Numbered from the stretch's first letter, positions 30,295-39,749 are shown. The stretch is DNA of 64,000 bases from Obrimoposthia wandeli (GCA_977020255.1 CDROCS010004567.1:1-64000); one strand, 5' to 3'. The notes: generated by a model not told the origin, from the letters alone. Translations and numbers: made by a program.

Positions 30295-31122
30295 TTAGAA
30301 ACGCCATACAGCAAGAAGTTGTGCAGCGTTATCATCAGTACCTTTCTCACCTAGTTTGTTTTTCCAGTATTGGTATTCAACACCAACGAATAAACGCTGT
30401 GCTTTATGACCTAATACTTCACCTAAATCTAAGCGAATTTGTGGTTGAAATAGAATCCATGATTCGAGCTCTGTTGTGCCAAAATTATTAACTTGAGTAC
30501 GGCCGTCAATGTATTCTAAATGACCTTCAATGCTCCAGCTTGTTGAACCAATTTTAAAGGGATATGCCCAAGCAAAATCAACCATAAAGCTAGAGTCTTC
30601 ATCAACTACGGTAAATACAGGAGAATCTGCACTGCCACCACCTTGATGGATATAACCAGTAACATCAATTTGCGCAAAGGCAAAACCGGGTAAATCTAAG
30701 GCGAATCTCACACCAGGTAATACCCAAGCACTGTCTACTTCAGGAGCGAAGTTAAAACCAGCAACAATACCAATATCTTTTACTGGGCCAAAGCTAAGAT
30801 CATTACCACTAATTGCGCCTAAGCTAAAGTTTGAATACCACTCGCCGTAAAGCTCGCTTGAATCTGCTACTGGGAAGTTAGCATCGTTATTTACGGAGTA
30901 ACGAGAATAATCCATAAAGAAGAAGTTATCGCCGTATTCCCAGCCACCTGCATGTTGGAAAGTGATGATAGTAGTGTCAGCGGTGCCACCGGTACCTACT
31001 CGTTCTAATTCACCTAGTGCTTGTAATTGTACTTCTGTATTTCCCCAGATCTCTGCTGAAACCATTGGCGCATTTAACGCAGCGGTTAATGCGAGGGCGG
31101 TAAGTGGTGCTGAAATTTTCAT
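30295..31122 (-). CDS. Nucleoside-specific outer-membrane channel (Tsx/OmpK/DUF5020-like)
   Basis: Signal peptide; TFQHAGGWEYGDNFFFMD, ELYGEWYS, GVEYQYWKNKLG; terminal Phe; purine-catabolic context. Confidence 0.75.
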   Translation of the reverse strand: MKISAPLTALALTAALNAPMVSAEIWGNTEVQLQALGELERVGTGGTADTTIITFQHAGGWEYGDNFFFMDYSRYSVNNDANFPVADSSELYGEWYSNFSLGAISGNDLSFGPVKDIGIVAGFNFAPEVDSAWVLPGVRFALDLPGFAFAQIDVTGYIHQGGGSADSPVFTVVDEDSSFMVDFAWAYPFKIGSTSWSIEGHLEYIDGRTQVNNFGTTELESWILFQPQIRLDLGEVLGHKAQRLFVGVEYQYWKNKLGEKGTDDNAAQLLAVWRF

Positions 31123-31210
31123 ATTGTCTCTCTCAATGTAATTTTAGTTATGATTTTAATTTTAATTTTAATTTTTTTCAATATGTCTATGTTTCATTGT
31201 TTTTCGTAAC

Positions 31211-31226
31211 TTGACACATGTGTCAG
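31211..31226. promoter_or_regulatory. 16-bp palindrome TTGACACATGTGTCAG
   Basis: Perfect 14-bp core TGACACATGTGTCA in the divergent channel/aminotransferase promoter. Confidence 0.75.
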
Positions 31227-31305
31227 GTTGCGATTTACTACGATACATCAGGTTGTTTTATAAACACAACTAAAAATTAAAACTAAAATAGAAGGTAAAG
31301 CAATT

Positions 31306-32427
31306 ATGACATTTAAATCATTCAATCCACCACAAAGAATTTTAATGGGCCCTGGTCCTTCAGATGTAAGTGCACGAGTATTGTCCGCATTGGCTAGGCC
31401 AACGATTGGTCATCTTGATCCGTTATTTATCAATATGATGGATGAAGTAAAAACGCTACTTCAATACGCTTTCCAAACCAAAAATGAATTCACTATCGCC
31501 TTATCAGCACCGGGTTCAGCCGGGATGGAAGCATGTTTTGTGAACTTAGTTGAAGCGGGCGACAAAGTGATTGTTTGTCGTAATGGTGTTTTTGGTGACC
31601 GTATGATTCAGAACGTTACCAGAATAGGTGCAGAGGCCGTGGTTGTTGACTCTCCTTGGGGGCGTGCAGTTGAAACGCATAAGGTAAAAGCTGCGTTACA
31701 TGACCACCCAGATGCTAAATTCTTAGCCTTTGTTCATGCAGAAACCTCAACGGGTGCGCTGTCAGATGCTAAAGCCCTATGTAAAATGGCTCAAGAGCAT
31801 GATTGCTTGACGATTGTCGATGCAGTGACATCATTAGGAGGCGTAGAGCTGAAAGTGGATGAATGGGGCATAGACGCTATCTATTCGGGTACGCAAAAAT
31901 GTATGTCTTGTGTACCAGGTATATCGCCCCTTTCCTTTAGCCCTAAGGCTGTAGCAGTAGTACAGAATCGTAAAACTCAAATACAAAGTTGGTTCTTAGA
32001 CCAAACGTTAGTGATGGGCTATTGGTCTGGTGAAGGTAAGCGTAGTTACCATCATACTGCCCCAGTAAACTCTTTATATGCCTTACATGAAGCCTTGGTA
32101 ATGCTTCATGATGAAGGCTTAGAAAATAGCTGGGCACGTCATAAAACACAGCACGAAGTATTAGCTAAGGGACTGAAAGAGTTAGGTATTGAGTTCATCG
32201 TACCTGAAGAAGAGCGCTTACCTCAGTTAAACGCTATCTACATTCCTGATGGTGCTGATGATGCTAAAATACGAGATTACCTATTAGAGCACTACAATCT
32301 TGAAATAGGTGCTGGTTTAGGTGCTTTTGCTGGTAAAGCATGGCGTATAGGTCTTATGGGACATGCGGCTAAAAGTGAGAATGTTGCCTTATGTTTAACG
32401 GCTTTAAAAGACGCGTTACACCAATAA
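31306..32427 (+). CDS. Class V aminotransferase, alanine-glyoxylate/serine-pyruvate (AGXT) type
   Basis: RILMGPGPS, PTIGHLDP, VHAETSTG, IVDAVTSLGG, YSGTQKC (PLP Lys), YHHTAPVNSLY, WRIGLMG. Confidence 0.85.
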   Translation: MTFKSFNPPQRILMGPGPSDVSARVLSALARPTIGHLDPLFINMMDEVKTLLQYAFQTKNEFTIALSAPGSAGMEACFVNLVEAGDKVIVCRNGVFGDRMIQNVTRIGAEAVVVDSPWGRAVETHKVKAALHDHPDAKFLAFVHAETSTGALSDAKALCKMAQEHDCLTIVDAVTSLGGVELKVDEWGIDAIYSGTQKCMSCVPGISPLSFSPKAVAVVQNRKTQIQSWFLDQTLVMGYWSGEGKRSYHHTAPVNSLYALHEALVMLHDEGLENSWARHKTQHEVLAKGLKELGIEFIVPEEERLPQLNAIYIPDGADDAKIRDYLLEHYNLEIGAGLGAFAGKAWRIGLMGHAAKSENVALCLTALKDALHQ

Positions 32428-32453
32428 AACCTTAGAAAAGAGTTTTATTAATG

Positions 32454-32485
32454 AAAAAAGACCATCTTTCGATGGTCTTTTTTTT
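32454..32485 (+). terminator. Intrinsic terminator after the aminotransferase
   Basis: AAAAAAGACCATC-tttc-GATGGTCTTTTTT. Confidence 0.9.
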
Positions 32486-32567
32486 CATATAGTGAAAGTC
32501 AAAGGGCTTTTTTATGAAAATTTACGCGTTAAGTTTTCACTATGTGAAACATAAAGGGCTTTTTTTT
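32483..32567. repeat. Two ~32-bp direct repeats (period 52), each starting with TTTCA-N5-TGAAA
   Basis: TTTCATATAGTGAAAgtcAAAGGGCTTTTTT (32483) and TTTCACTATGTGAAAcatAAAGGGCTTTTTT (32535). Confidence 0.75.
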
Positions 32568-32750
32568 GTGTTGAATCGGATGTTTTTATAGGAAGAAGTG
32601 CCACGTTTTTGCTTTTTCTACTGGTTGAATTACTGATTGGCTGTCATCGCAGCTTAGTTACGAACATCATAATCACGATTTTGAGGGGGAATTGATCGGG
32701 TATCACGGCAACGGTTCTATTAACCACACGCCGTTTAGGTTCATAAAAGT

Positions 32751-32905
32751 TAAGATTTAGGTGAGTTTACTTTACTATAAAGCCACTTAATTTGCTTATG
32801 TCACACTCTCGCCGCGATTAAACGCTTTACTCTTTAGCGAACAAATTAACCGCGAAAGATAACTAAGATTTAGGTGAGTTTACTTTACTATAAAGCCACT
32901 TAATT
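32751..32905. repeat. Exact 42-bp direct repeat duplicating the 3' end of the CBS gene, with a 71-bp spacer
   Basis: TAAGATTTAGGTGAGTTTACTTTACTATAAAGCCACTTAATT at 32751..32792 and 32864..32905. Confidence 0.95.
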
Positions 32906-33288
32906 ATGTCTCGAGAAGTTATAACTCCGACAGGCTGATTATTGCTATTGATTACGGGAAGACAGGACATGCCGGTATCATGAAAGGTCTTTATTGCTTC
33001 ACTAAAAGGGCTGAATTGTTTGATGGCGACTAATTTTCTCGAGACAATTTGATGAACGCGTTTATTTAACATCGCCAAATCTTTCTCATTAGCGGTGGGT
33101 AACTCTATATTTGAATTTGTTGCTTTTAAATAATCTCTTTCGGAAATAACAGCTACCAGTTCATTTTTACTATCTGTAACCATTAAATGGTGAAATTTAT
33201 GCTTAATAAATAGTTCTCTAACAACAGATAATCTGTCATCTAAATCTATACAAGTGACTTCTTCACTCATTATCTCTTCAATTTTCAT
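32863..33288 (-). CDS. CBS-domain protein
   Basis: IMSEEVTCI...HHLMV...VISERD; SCLPVI...GVITSRD. Confidence 0.88.
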   Translation of the reverse strand: MKIEEIMSEEVTCIDLDDRLSVVRELFIKHKFHHLMVTDSKNELVAVISERDYLKATNSNIELPTANEKDLAMLNKRVHQIVSRKLVAIKQFSPFSEAIKTFHDTGMSCLPVINSNNQPVGVITSRDIIKWLYSKVNSPKS

Positions 33289-33450
33289 AGGTTAGTTTCT
33301 ATTATTTATTCTCAAGGTCTAGGGACTGTTGAACTTTCAAAACTAAGATGACAGTAAGCTTTTCAATAAATCATGTCAACAATGCCAGTAAAGTTGTTAG
33401 TGCAGGTGAAGCACTCTTTTAACTTTGTGAAAGAAACGCAACTATCCGGC

Positions 33451-34077
33451 TTAAGATAAACCACAGCCTTTGAGGATGATTGAAGTCAGTGACTGAACTA
33501 CATCATCAAAATCATCATCGTTCATTGCCTCTTTACCAAAACCTGCCAATACTTGCACATTAAAGTCAGCATAATGCTGTGTGGAACTCCAAATAAGGAA
33601 TAACAGGTGATGTGGGTTGATTACGTCTATTTGGCCTTGTTTAACCCAGGTTTCAATGATGGTAATTTTTTCATCTAACCATTGCTTAAATTCGGTATGT
33701 AAATAGTCTTTAAGAATAGGCGCGCCATGAATTACTTCACTGGCAAATATTTTTGAACCATCGGGATCATGCTTGGCATGCATGATTTTTTCATGAATAT
33801 AAGCAGTAAGAATTGTTTTAGGATCATCATCAATACTTAAGGTATCGAAACTCGTATTCCAACTGACAATTATTTCAGAGAGTAATTGCTGATAAAGATC
33901 AGTTTTGTCATCGAAATAATAATGAATATTTGCTCGAGGAATATTTGCACGTTCAGCAATGCGCTTAATTGACGCGCCTTTAAAGCCATGTGTAACAAAC
34001 TCTGTTTTGGCCGCCGTTAAAATAAGCGCAACATTCCTTTGGCGAACTTGCCCTACAGATTCTTTTTTTACCGACAC
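33451..34077 (-). CDS. TetR-family regulator, RutR-like
   Basis: ILTAAKTEFVTHGFKGASIKRIAERANI.RANIHYYF; RutR-type C-terminus SKIFASEVIHGAP...LLFLIWSSTQHYADF..QV. Confidence 0.85.
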   Translation of the reverse strand: MSVKKESVGQVRQRNVALILTAAKTEFVTHGFKGASIKRIAERANIPRANIHYYFDDKTDLYQQLLSEIIVSWNTSFDTLSIDDDPKTILTAYIHEKIMHAKHDPDGSKIFASEVIHGAPILKDYLHTEFKQWLDEKITIIETWVKQGQIDVINPHHLLFLIWSSTQHYADFNVQVLAGFGKEAMNDDDFDDVVQSLTSIILKGCGLS

Positions 34078-34223
34078 AAATACCTCATGACTTCATTGAT
34101 GATGCAGGAAATAATTTTATAACAAATGTTATCTGGCAGCTATAGTCTTGATGATAAATACTTTGACTTAATCGCGCTATTAGTTGATTGAGGCTATTTA
34201 TGATTTTTATTATCTCATCAATG

Positions 34224-34260
34224 AAAAAGCCACATTACTTGCGTTGCAAATAATGTGGCT
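34224..34260 (-). terminator. Terminator of the puuD-glcB transcript, beyond the MITE
   Basis: AGCCACATTA...TAATGTGGCT stem with T-tract on the minus strand. Confidence 0.75.
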
Positions 34261-34267
34261 ATTAATA

Positions 34268-34530
34268 TACCCGTTCCACTTGAAGATGCATGACTCAGCT
34301 GGAATTAGTAACGCCTTTAGGCAAGGCATTGATTGAAGAGAATAGTTATTCTATTGTCGAAATCAATAACGCGGCATAAAGCGTTTCTAAACCAGCCCCT
34401 TGGGGAAGGCTGAGCAAATCATACTCTGCGTTACATTTCTTTTTAAGGAAATGACCCTTAATAAAAAAATGCGCCTTGATTATCAATCGCTCAAGCTTCC
34501 TGAAACGAGCATCTTCAAGTGGAGCGGGTA
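34268..34530 (-). mobile_element. MITE family 1, intact copy in reverse orientation (263 bp)
   Basis: TA-CCCGTTCCACTTGAAGATGC ... GCATCTTCAAGTGGAGCGGG-TA; near reverse complement of 29880..30142. Confidence 0.9.
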
Positions 34531-34550
34531 TATAACTTTTAATAAAACGA

Positions 34551-36737
34551 TTACACGGCTTTAACTTCCTGTCGCCTTTGGTGTAATAACGGTTCGGTAT
34601 AACCACTTGGTTGTTCTTTGCCTTGGAAAATAAGATCCGCGGCGGCTTTAAAAGCAATACTTTCACCAAAATCTGTCCCGATAGCAATGTAGCTGCTATC
34701 GGCAGCATTTTGTTGATCGACAACTTCAGCCATGCGCTGTAGTGATTCAAGTACTTGGCTTTCACTGATCACACCATGATGAAGCCAGTTGCAAACATGT
34801 TGACTTGATATTCGTAAGGTTGCTCTATCTTCCATGCGGGCTATATTGTCGATATCAGGTACTTTTGAGCAACCAATGCCTTGATTTACCCAGCGAACCA
34901 CATAACCCAGTAAACCTTGAATATTGTTATCTACTTCTTTTTGAATTGCCGCTATTGATAATTCAGTTTGATTTTTCAGTAAAGGGATAGTCAATAACTC
35001 GCTTAAATCATCAATGGTTCCTGGTAAAGAAAACTCGGCTTGCATGGCACTTTGAATCTCTTGAACATTGACTTTGTGGTAATGCATTACGTGTAACGTA
35101 GCGGCAGTAGGTGAGGGAACCCAAGCACAATTCGCCCCTGATTTTGGATGGGCTATTTTGCTGGTAACCATTTCCGACATTTGATCTGGTATTGCCCACA
35201 TGCCTTTACCAATTTGCGCTTTACCTTGCAGGCCGGCTTGCAAACCAATTCTAACATTTCTATTTTCATAGGCTGTTATCCAGGGTTCATCTTTCATCAA
35301 GGCTTTTTGAGCCATAGCACCTGCTTGCATACTGGTATGAATTTCATCACCGGTGCGGTCTAAAAAACCAGTATTAATGAACGCAAGGCGTGTTTGGGCG
35401 GCGCGAATACACTCCTTTAGATTGGCAGAGGTGCGGCGTTCTTCATCCATGATTCCCATTTTTATGGTGTTTTGGGCTAAACCCAAATGACGTTCAATGG
35501 CACTAAATAAATCATGACTAAAGGCGACTTCTTCAGGGCCATGCATTTTAGGTTTTACAATGTAAATGCTGCCTTGTTTAGAGTTTTTAAATTTCGAGGT
35601 GCCCTTTAAATCGTGCAGTGAAATTAAACTGGTGATTAGGCCATCAACAATGCCCTCAGGTACTTTTTCATTCTTTGCTGTGACAATAGCATTGGTGGTC
35701 ATTAAGTGACCCACATTACGAATGAATTGCAAGCTTCTACCCGGTAGAGTGATTTCTTTTTGATCAGGTGATAAATAATTACGGTCATGGTTTAGGGTAC
35801 GGGTAATGGTTCTAGTGCCTTTTTGAATAATCTCAGCAAGGTCGCCTTTCATTAATCCTAACCAGTTACGATAAACTGAGGTTTTGTCCGAGGCATCTAC
35901 CGCGGCAATAGAGTCTTCACAGTCTTGAATAGTACTTAACGCGGACTCTAACACCACATCTTTAACAGCAGCGGCATCGGTTTTGCCAACAACATTGTCT
36001 TTATCTATTTGGATTTCAATGTGTAAACCATTATGACGGCAAAGTAGCGTAGAGGGATCACCTGTTGAGCCGTTGTAACCAACAAACTGTTCGGCATCTT
36101 TTAACTGCACTTGTTCACCCGTGAAAAGGGTCACAGTAAAGGTTTTTTTTACGATATGGTACTTCACGGCATCAATATGACTACCACGGGTTAACGGTAA
36201 GGTTTCATCTAAAAATCGGCGCGCGTACGCTTGCACTCTACGTCCACGAACAGGATTGAAATCTTTCGTTTGTTTAGCGCCATTATCGTCACCAATAACA
36301 TCGGTACCATATAAAGCGTCATACAAACTGCCCCATCGAGCGTTCGCGGCATTCAGGGCAAATCGTGCATTCATCAAAGGCACTACAAGCTGAGGGCCCG
36401 CGATAAGGGCAACTTCATCATCAACATTTTGAGTAGAGATAGTAAAATCTGCTTTCTCTGTGACCAAATATCCTATTTCCTTTAAAAACAACTCATAGCG
36501 CTGTTGGTTAAAAGGTTGGTTTGCTGAGTCAGTATGCCAAACATCAATATGCGCTTGTAAACTAGCTCTTGTCGCTAATAGCTGTTGATTACGCGGAGTA
36601 AACTCAGCTAAAACTTCAGCAACAGAATCCCAGAAGTCATCGGCATCAATATTAAGACCAGGCAATACTTCATGATTGACTAAATTAACTAAACAGCCTG
36701 CAACCTTATAACCGTGCTTGATTGTTTTTTGCTTCAT
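34551..36737 (-). CDS. glcB: Malate synthase G
   Basis: GPQLVVPLMNARFALNAANARWGSLYDALYG, IQDCEDS, RNVGHLM, MDEERRTS, MEDRATLRISSQH. Confidence 0.97.
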   Translation of the reverse strand: MKQKTIKHGYKVAGCLVNLVNHEVLPGLNIDADDFWDSVAEVLAEFTPRNQQLLATRASLQAHIDVWHTDSANQPFNQQRYELFLKEIGYLVTEKADFTISTQNVDDEVALIAGPQLVVPLMNARFALNAANARWGSLYDALYGTDVIGDDNGAKQTKDFNPVRGRRVQAYARRFLDETLPLTRGSHIDAVKYHIVKKTFTVTLFTGEQVQLKDAEQFVGYNGSTGDPSTLLCRHNGLHIEIQIDKDNVVGKTDAAAVKDVVLESALSTIQDCEDSIAAVDASDKTSVYRNWLGLMKGDLAEIIQKGTRTITRTLNHDRNYLSPDQKEITLPGRSLQFIRNVGHLMTTNAIVTAKNEKVPEGIVDGLITSLISLHDLKGTSKFKNSKQGSIYIVKPKMHGPEEVAFSHDLFSAIERHLGLAQNTIKMGIMDEERRTSANLKECIRAAQTRLAFINTGFLDRTGDEIHTSMQAGAMAQKALMKDEPWITAYENRNVRIGLQAGLQGKAQIGKGMWAIPDQMSEMVTSKIAHPKSGANCAWVPSPTAATLHVMHYHKVNVQEIQSAMQAEFSLPGTIDDLSELLTIPLLKNQTELSIAAIQKEVDNNIQGLLGYVVRWVNQGIGCSKVPDIDNIARMEDRATLRISSQHVCNWLHHGVISESQVLESLQRMAEVVDQQNAADSSYIAIGTDFGESIAFKAAADLIFQGKEQPSGYTEPLLHQRRQEVKAV

Positions 36738-36740
36738 TTC

Positions 36741-37946
36741 TTATCCTTTATCTTTTTCTTTATCTTTGCTTAACCAAAGTGATAGCGTTAGACGTTCTTC
36801 CTCTGTCATTTGGGTTTTGTTCATAAACGGCATGTCTTTGGAGTTGACAACGCGCGCTTCAATTCTCGGTGCCCATTGTTTGATAGAAGCAATGTCTGAA
36901 AAAATAACGCCACCTTGAGGAGATTTAAATACATCATCAGTTGGTGCTTCTGAATGACAGGCACTGCAACGGGTTTCAATAATATGTTGTACTTGCGCAT
37001 TACTAACACCTTGCTGTTTTTGTTCAGCAGATAGTTCAACTGTCTTTGGAGCAATAGCATAGGCAAGCACAATAGTGGCGAGAATAGAGCTCACTAATAT
37101 CATAGGTTTTTGCTTACCAAAATGACGTAAAACAAAATACTGACGTACGGCTGCAGTGATTAATATGATGGCCATTAACACTAACCAATTTGCACTATGG
37201 TTATAGGTAATTGGGTAGTGATTTGAAATCATAATAAATAACACGGGTAAGGTGATATAGGTATTGTGCGTTGAGCGTAACTTGGCGTTAAGGCCATATT
37301 TAGAGTCAGGCGTAGCACCTTCTTCTACCGCTTTTACTAAGGCGCGCTGTGATGGCATAATGCCAAAAAATACATTGCCAGCCATGATGGTACCTAAGAT
37401 AGCACCCATATGCATGTAAGCACCACGGGCACTAAATACCTGGGTTAAGCCGTAAGATAAAGCTGTAGCAATAGCGAATAAAATAACGGCTAACACTAAC
37501 CCGTGGTCTTTAAGTTTTGTTCGTACTAATAACTCATAACTACCGACACCAATAACAATCGAGCCTAGTCCTAAGCCAATAGCTTGCCATTGAGTTAAAT
37601 CTTTCACGCGCGGATCAATTAGGTAAGATTCAGCGCCAACATAAAACATAAGCGAGAGTAGTAAGAAACCTGTGATCCAAGTGGTGTAAGCTTCCCACTT
37701 AAACCAATGTAATGTGGTTGGCATTTTAGGTGGTGCTAATTTATATTTTGCTACTTCATAGAAGCCACCGCCATGAATGGCCCAAAGATCACCTGAAATG
37801 CCTTTTTCAGCTTTTTCTTCGGGTGGCTTTTCAAGATGGTTATCTAACCAAACAAAGTAAAATGATGCACCGATCCAAGCGATACCAACGATAAGATGTG
37901 CGAAGCGAATGATTAGATTTAACCACTCAGTGATATACGGGTCCAT
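36741..37946 (-). CDS. puuD: Urate oxidase PuuD (membrane protein with C-terminal cytochrome c)
   Basis: RFAHLIVGIAWIGASFYFVWLDN, WAIHGGGFYEV.KY, WFKWEAYTTWITGF, RSTHNTY.TLPVLFIMISNHY; CxxCH in RCSACH. Confidence 0.88.
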   Translation of the reverse strand: MDPYITEWLNLIIRFAHLIVGIAWIGASFYFVWLDNHLEKPPEEKAEKGISGDLWAIHGGGFYEVAKYKLAPPKMPTTLHWFKWEAYTTWITGFLLLSLMFYVGAESYLIDPRVKDLTQWQAIGLGLGSIVIGVGSYELLVRTKLKDHGLVLAVILFAIATALSYGLTQVFSARGAYMHMGAILGTIMAGNVFFGIMPSQRALVKAVEEGATPDSKYGLNAKLRSTHNTYITLPVLFIMISNHYPITYNHSANWLVLMAIILITAAVRQYFVLRHFGKQKPMILVSSILATIVLAYAIAPKTVELSAEQKQQGVSNAQVQHIIETRCSACHSEAPTDDVFKSPQGGVIFSDIASIKQWAPRIEARVVNSKDMPFMNKTQMTEEERLTLSLWLSKDKEKDKG

Positions 37947-38290
37947 AGTCTTTCCTTTTGTACGCCTACTCGTCGTTGGCGTTTTATAATTTTATGATTA
38001 ACTAGTTAATTATGTTGTTGAATAATTTTCCTTATAAAAATTATTCTTCTTAAGCGATGTTGCCTTAGACCCAGCTAGGCAACCGTCTGTTATAGGTAGT
38101 ACTGGTATTTTTATTAGCTTCTTAGCCTTTAATAAGTGAAGCGTTTTATAATTTAAAAATTAATATACCATTAGTGAATTAGTTGATGACTGAAGTTTGT
38201 GAGTACAAAGAAGAAGCACGGAATTTATAACTATAAATGAGTACTTCTGATGCCGTATTCGCAGCTTTCAGGTATTAAATAATTTATTAA

Positions 38291-39637
38291 TTAAACTTTT
38301 TCGCCCATGATATGGGTAGCTTTAACGTGTCTATCGTCACCTAGCATACTCAACACGAACAATTTCTCGGTTAAAGTGTTACAGCGTTTGATGCGTACAT
38401 CCATTAAAGGGGTTGCTTGATAATCAAGCACGATAAAGTCAGCTTCAGCGCCTTGGACGAAGTTACCAATAGTCCCTTCTAAATCTAAGGCAACAGCGCC
38501 ACCTAAGGTTGCTAAATATAATGATTTGTATGGGCTTAATTTATCGCCACGTAATTGCTGGGTTTTATAACCTTCGTTAAGTGTGGTCAACATAGAGAAA
38601 CTACTGCCTGCACCAATGTCGGTGCCTAGCCCCACATTCACATCAAATTCTTCCGCTTGTTTCAAGTTAAAACAACCGCTGCCTAAAAATAAGTTTGAGG
38701 TCGGGCAAAAGGCAATTGCTGAATTGGTATCACTTAAACGCTGGCATTCATGATCGTGCAAATGTACACCGTGAGCAAAAACGCTACGGCGACCTAATAA
38801 ACTGCTTTTATCGTACACATCAAGATAACCGTCACTGTCTGGAAATAATTCACTGACCCAAGCAATTTCATCTTTGTTTTCAGATAAATGGGTATGTAAA
38901 TAAACACTAGGATATTCTTTTAATAACTCACCGGCTTTATTCAGTTGTTCCGTTGAACAGGTCGGAGCAAAACGTGGCGTTACCGCATATTGTAATCTGT
39001 CAGTGTTATGCCATTTTCAATGAGCTTTGCTGTCTGCATAGCCTGATTCAACAGTATCTGATAAATCATCAGGACAGTTTTGATTCATCAAGACTTTACC
39101 GCAAATCATGCGTAACTTTTTCTGTTGAGCGACGGTAAAAAAGGCTTCAACAGATTCTTTATGTACTGTGCCAAATACTAATGCGGTGGTGGTACCGGCA
39201 TCTAATAATTGGGTTAAGAAAAATTCAGCAACACGTTTACCGTGTTCAATATCAGCAAATTGTTTTTCTTCAGGGAAAGTGTAGTTTTCTAACCATTCGA
39301 GTAATTGTTCGCCGTAAGAGGCGACCATTTCGGATTGTGCATAATGTACATGAGTATCAATAAACCCAGGCATGATTAGACCATTGTCATATTGAGTAAC
39401 GACAACGTCGGCGGGTAACGTTATCAGTAAATCCTTGGCGTTACCTAAAGCTTCAACTAAGCCATTGTTGATGACTAATAGTCCATCTTCAAAGTACTGA
39501 TAACTCTCTTCTTCTGATACTTTGGCAGGATCCGCTAAAAAGTGCAGTACTTCGCCACGATATGCTTTGCGGCCGGTACTTGTAGCTTTACTTATTGCTT
39601 CACTCGTTGAAGAAGTGTTTGCAGTGTTGTTCGACAT
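38291..39637 (-). pseudogene. guaD: Guanine deaminase with one in-frame TGA (39017..39019); likely indel error or recent lesion
   Basis: PGFIDTHVHYAQ, LEWLENYTFPEE; after the stop KWHNTDRLQYAVTPRFAPTC...HTHLSEN; AHGVHL, LGTDIGAGSS. Both ORF halves are in the same frame. Confidence 0.85.
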
Positions 39638-39749
39638 ATTTCTTAACCTATTACTTATTGAATTTTACTATTACTGGGTGTTTTACTGTTTTTCACGGCC
39701 TAATACCGTGCTATCTATTTACTCTTTTACGAATGAAGTTTTCATCGCT

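Noticed and set aside
31153-31180. (ATTTTA)x3 short tandem repeat as a phase-variation tract
   Set aside because: Only three units in an AT-rich promoter; indistinguishable from background.
31306-32427. Calling the aminotransferase PucG/HpxJ or BhcA
   Set aside because: Motifs (GHLDP, YHHTAP) are AGXT-like; the allantoicase route makes no ureidoglycine; the sequence differs from recalled BhcA (IPGPTN, DHRS).
32751-32905. CRISPR mini-array or integron attC
   Set aside because: Only two repeats, the repeat is coding sequence, no cas or intI genes, and the spacer lacks RYYYAAC/GTTRRRY ends.
34346-34765. 139-aa ORF
   Set aside because: Overlaps the glcB 3' end and reads through the MITE; chance ORF.
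39017-39019. Selenocysteine or programmed readthrough at the guaD TGA
   Set aside because: The position is not a catalytic Cys, the local sequence is one codon shorter than typical GuaD (pointing to indels), and no SECIS-like hairpin is evident.
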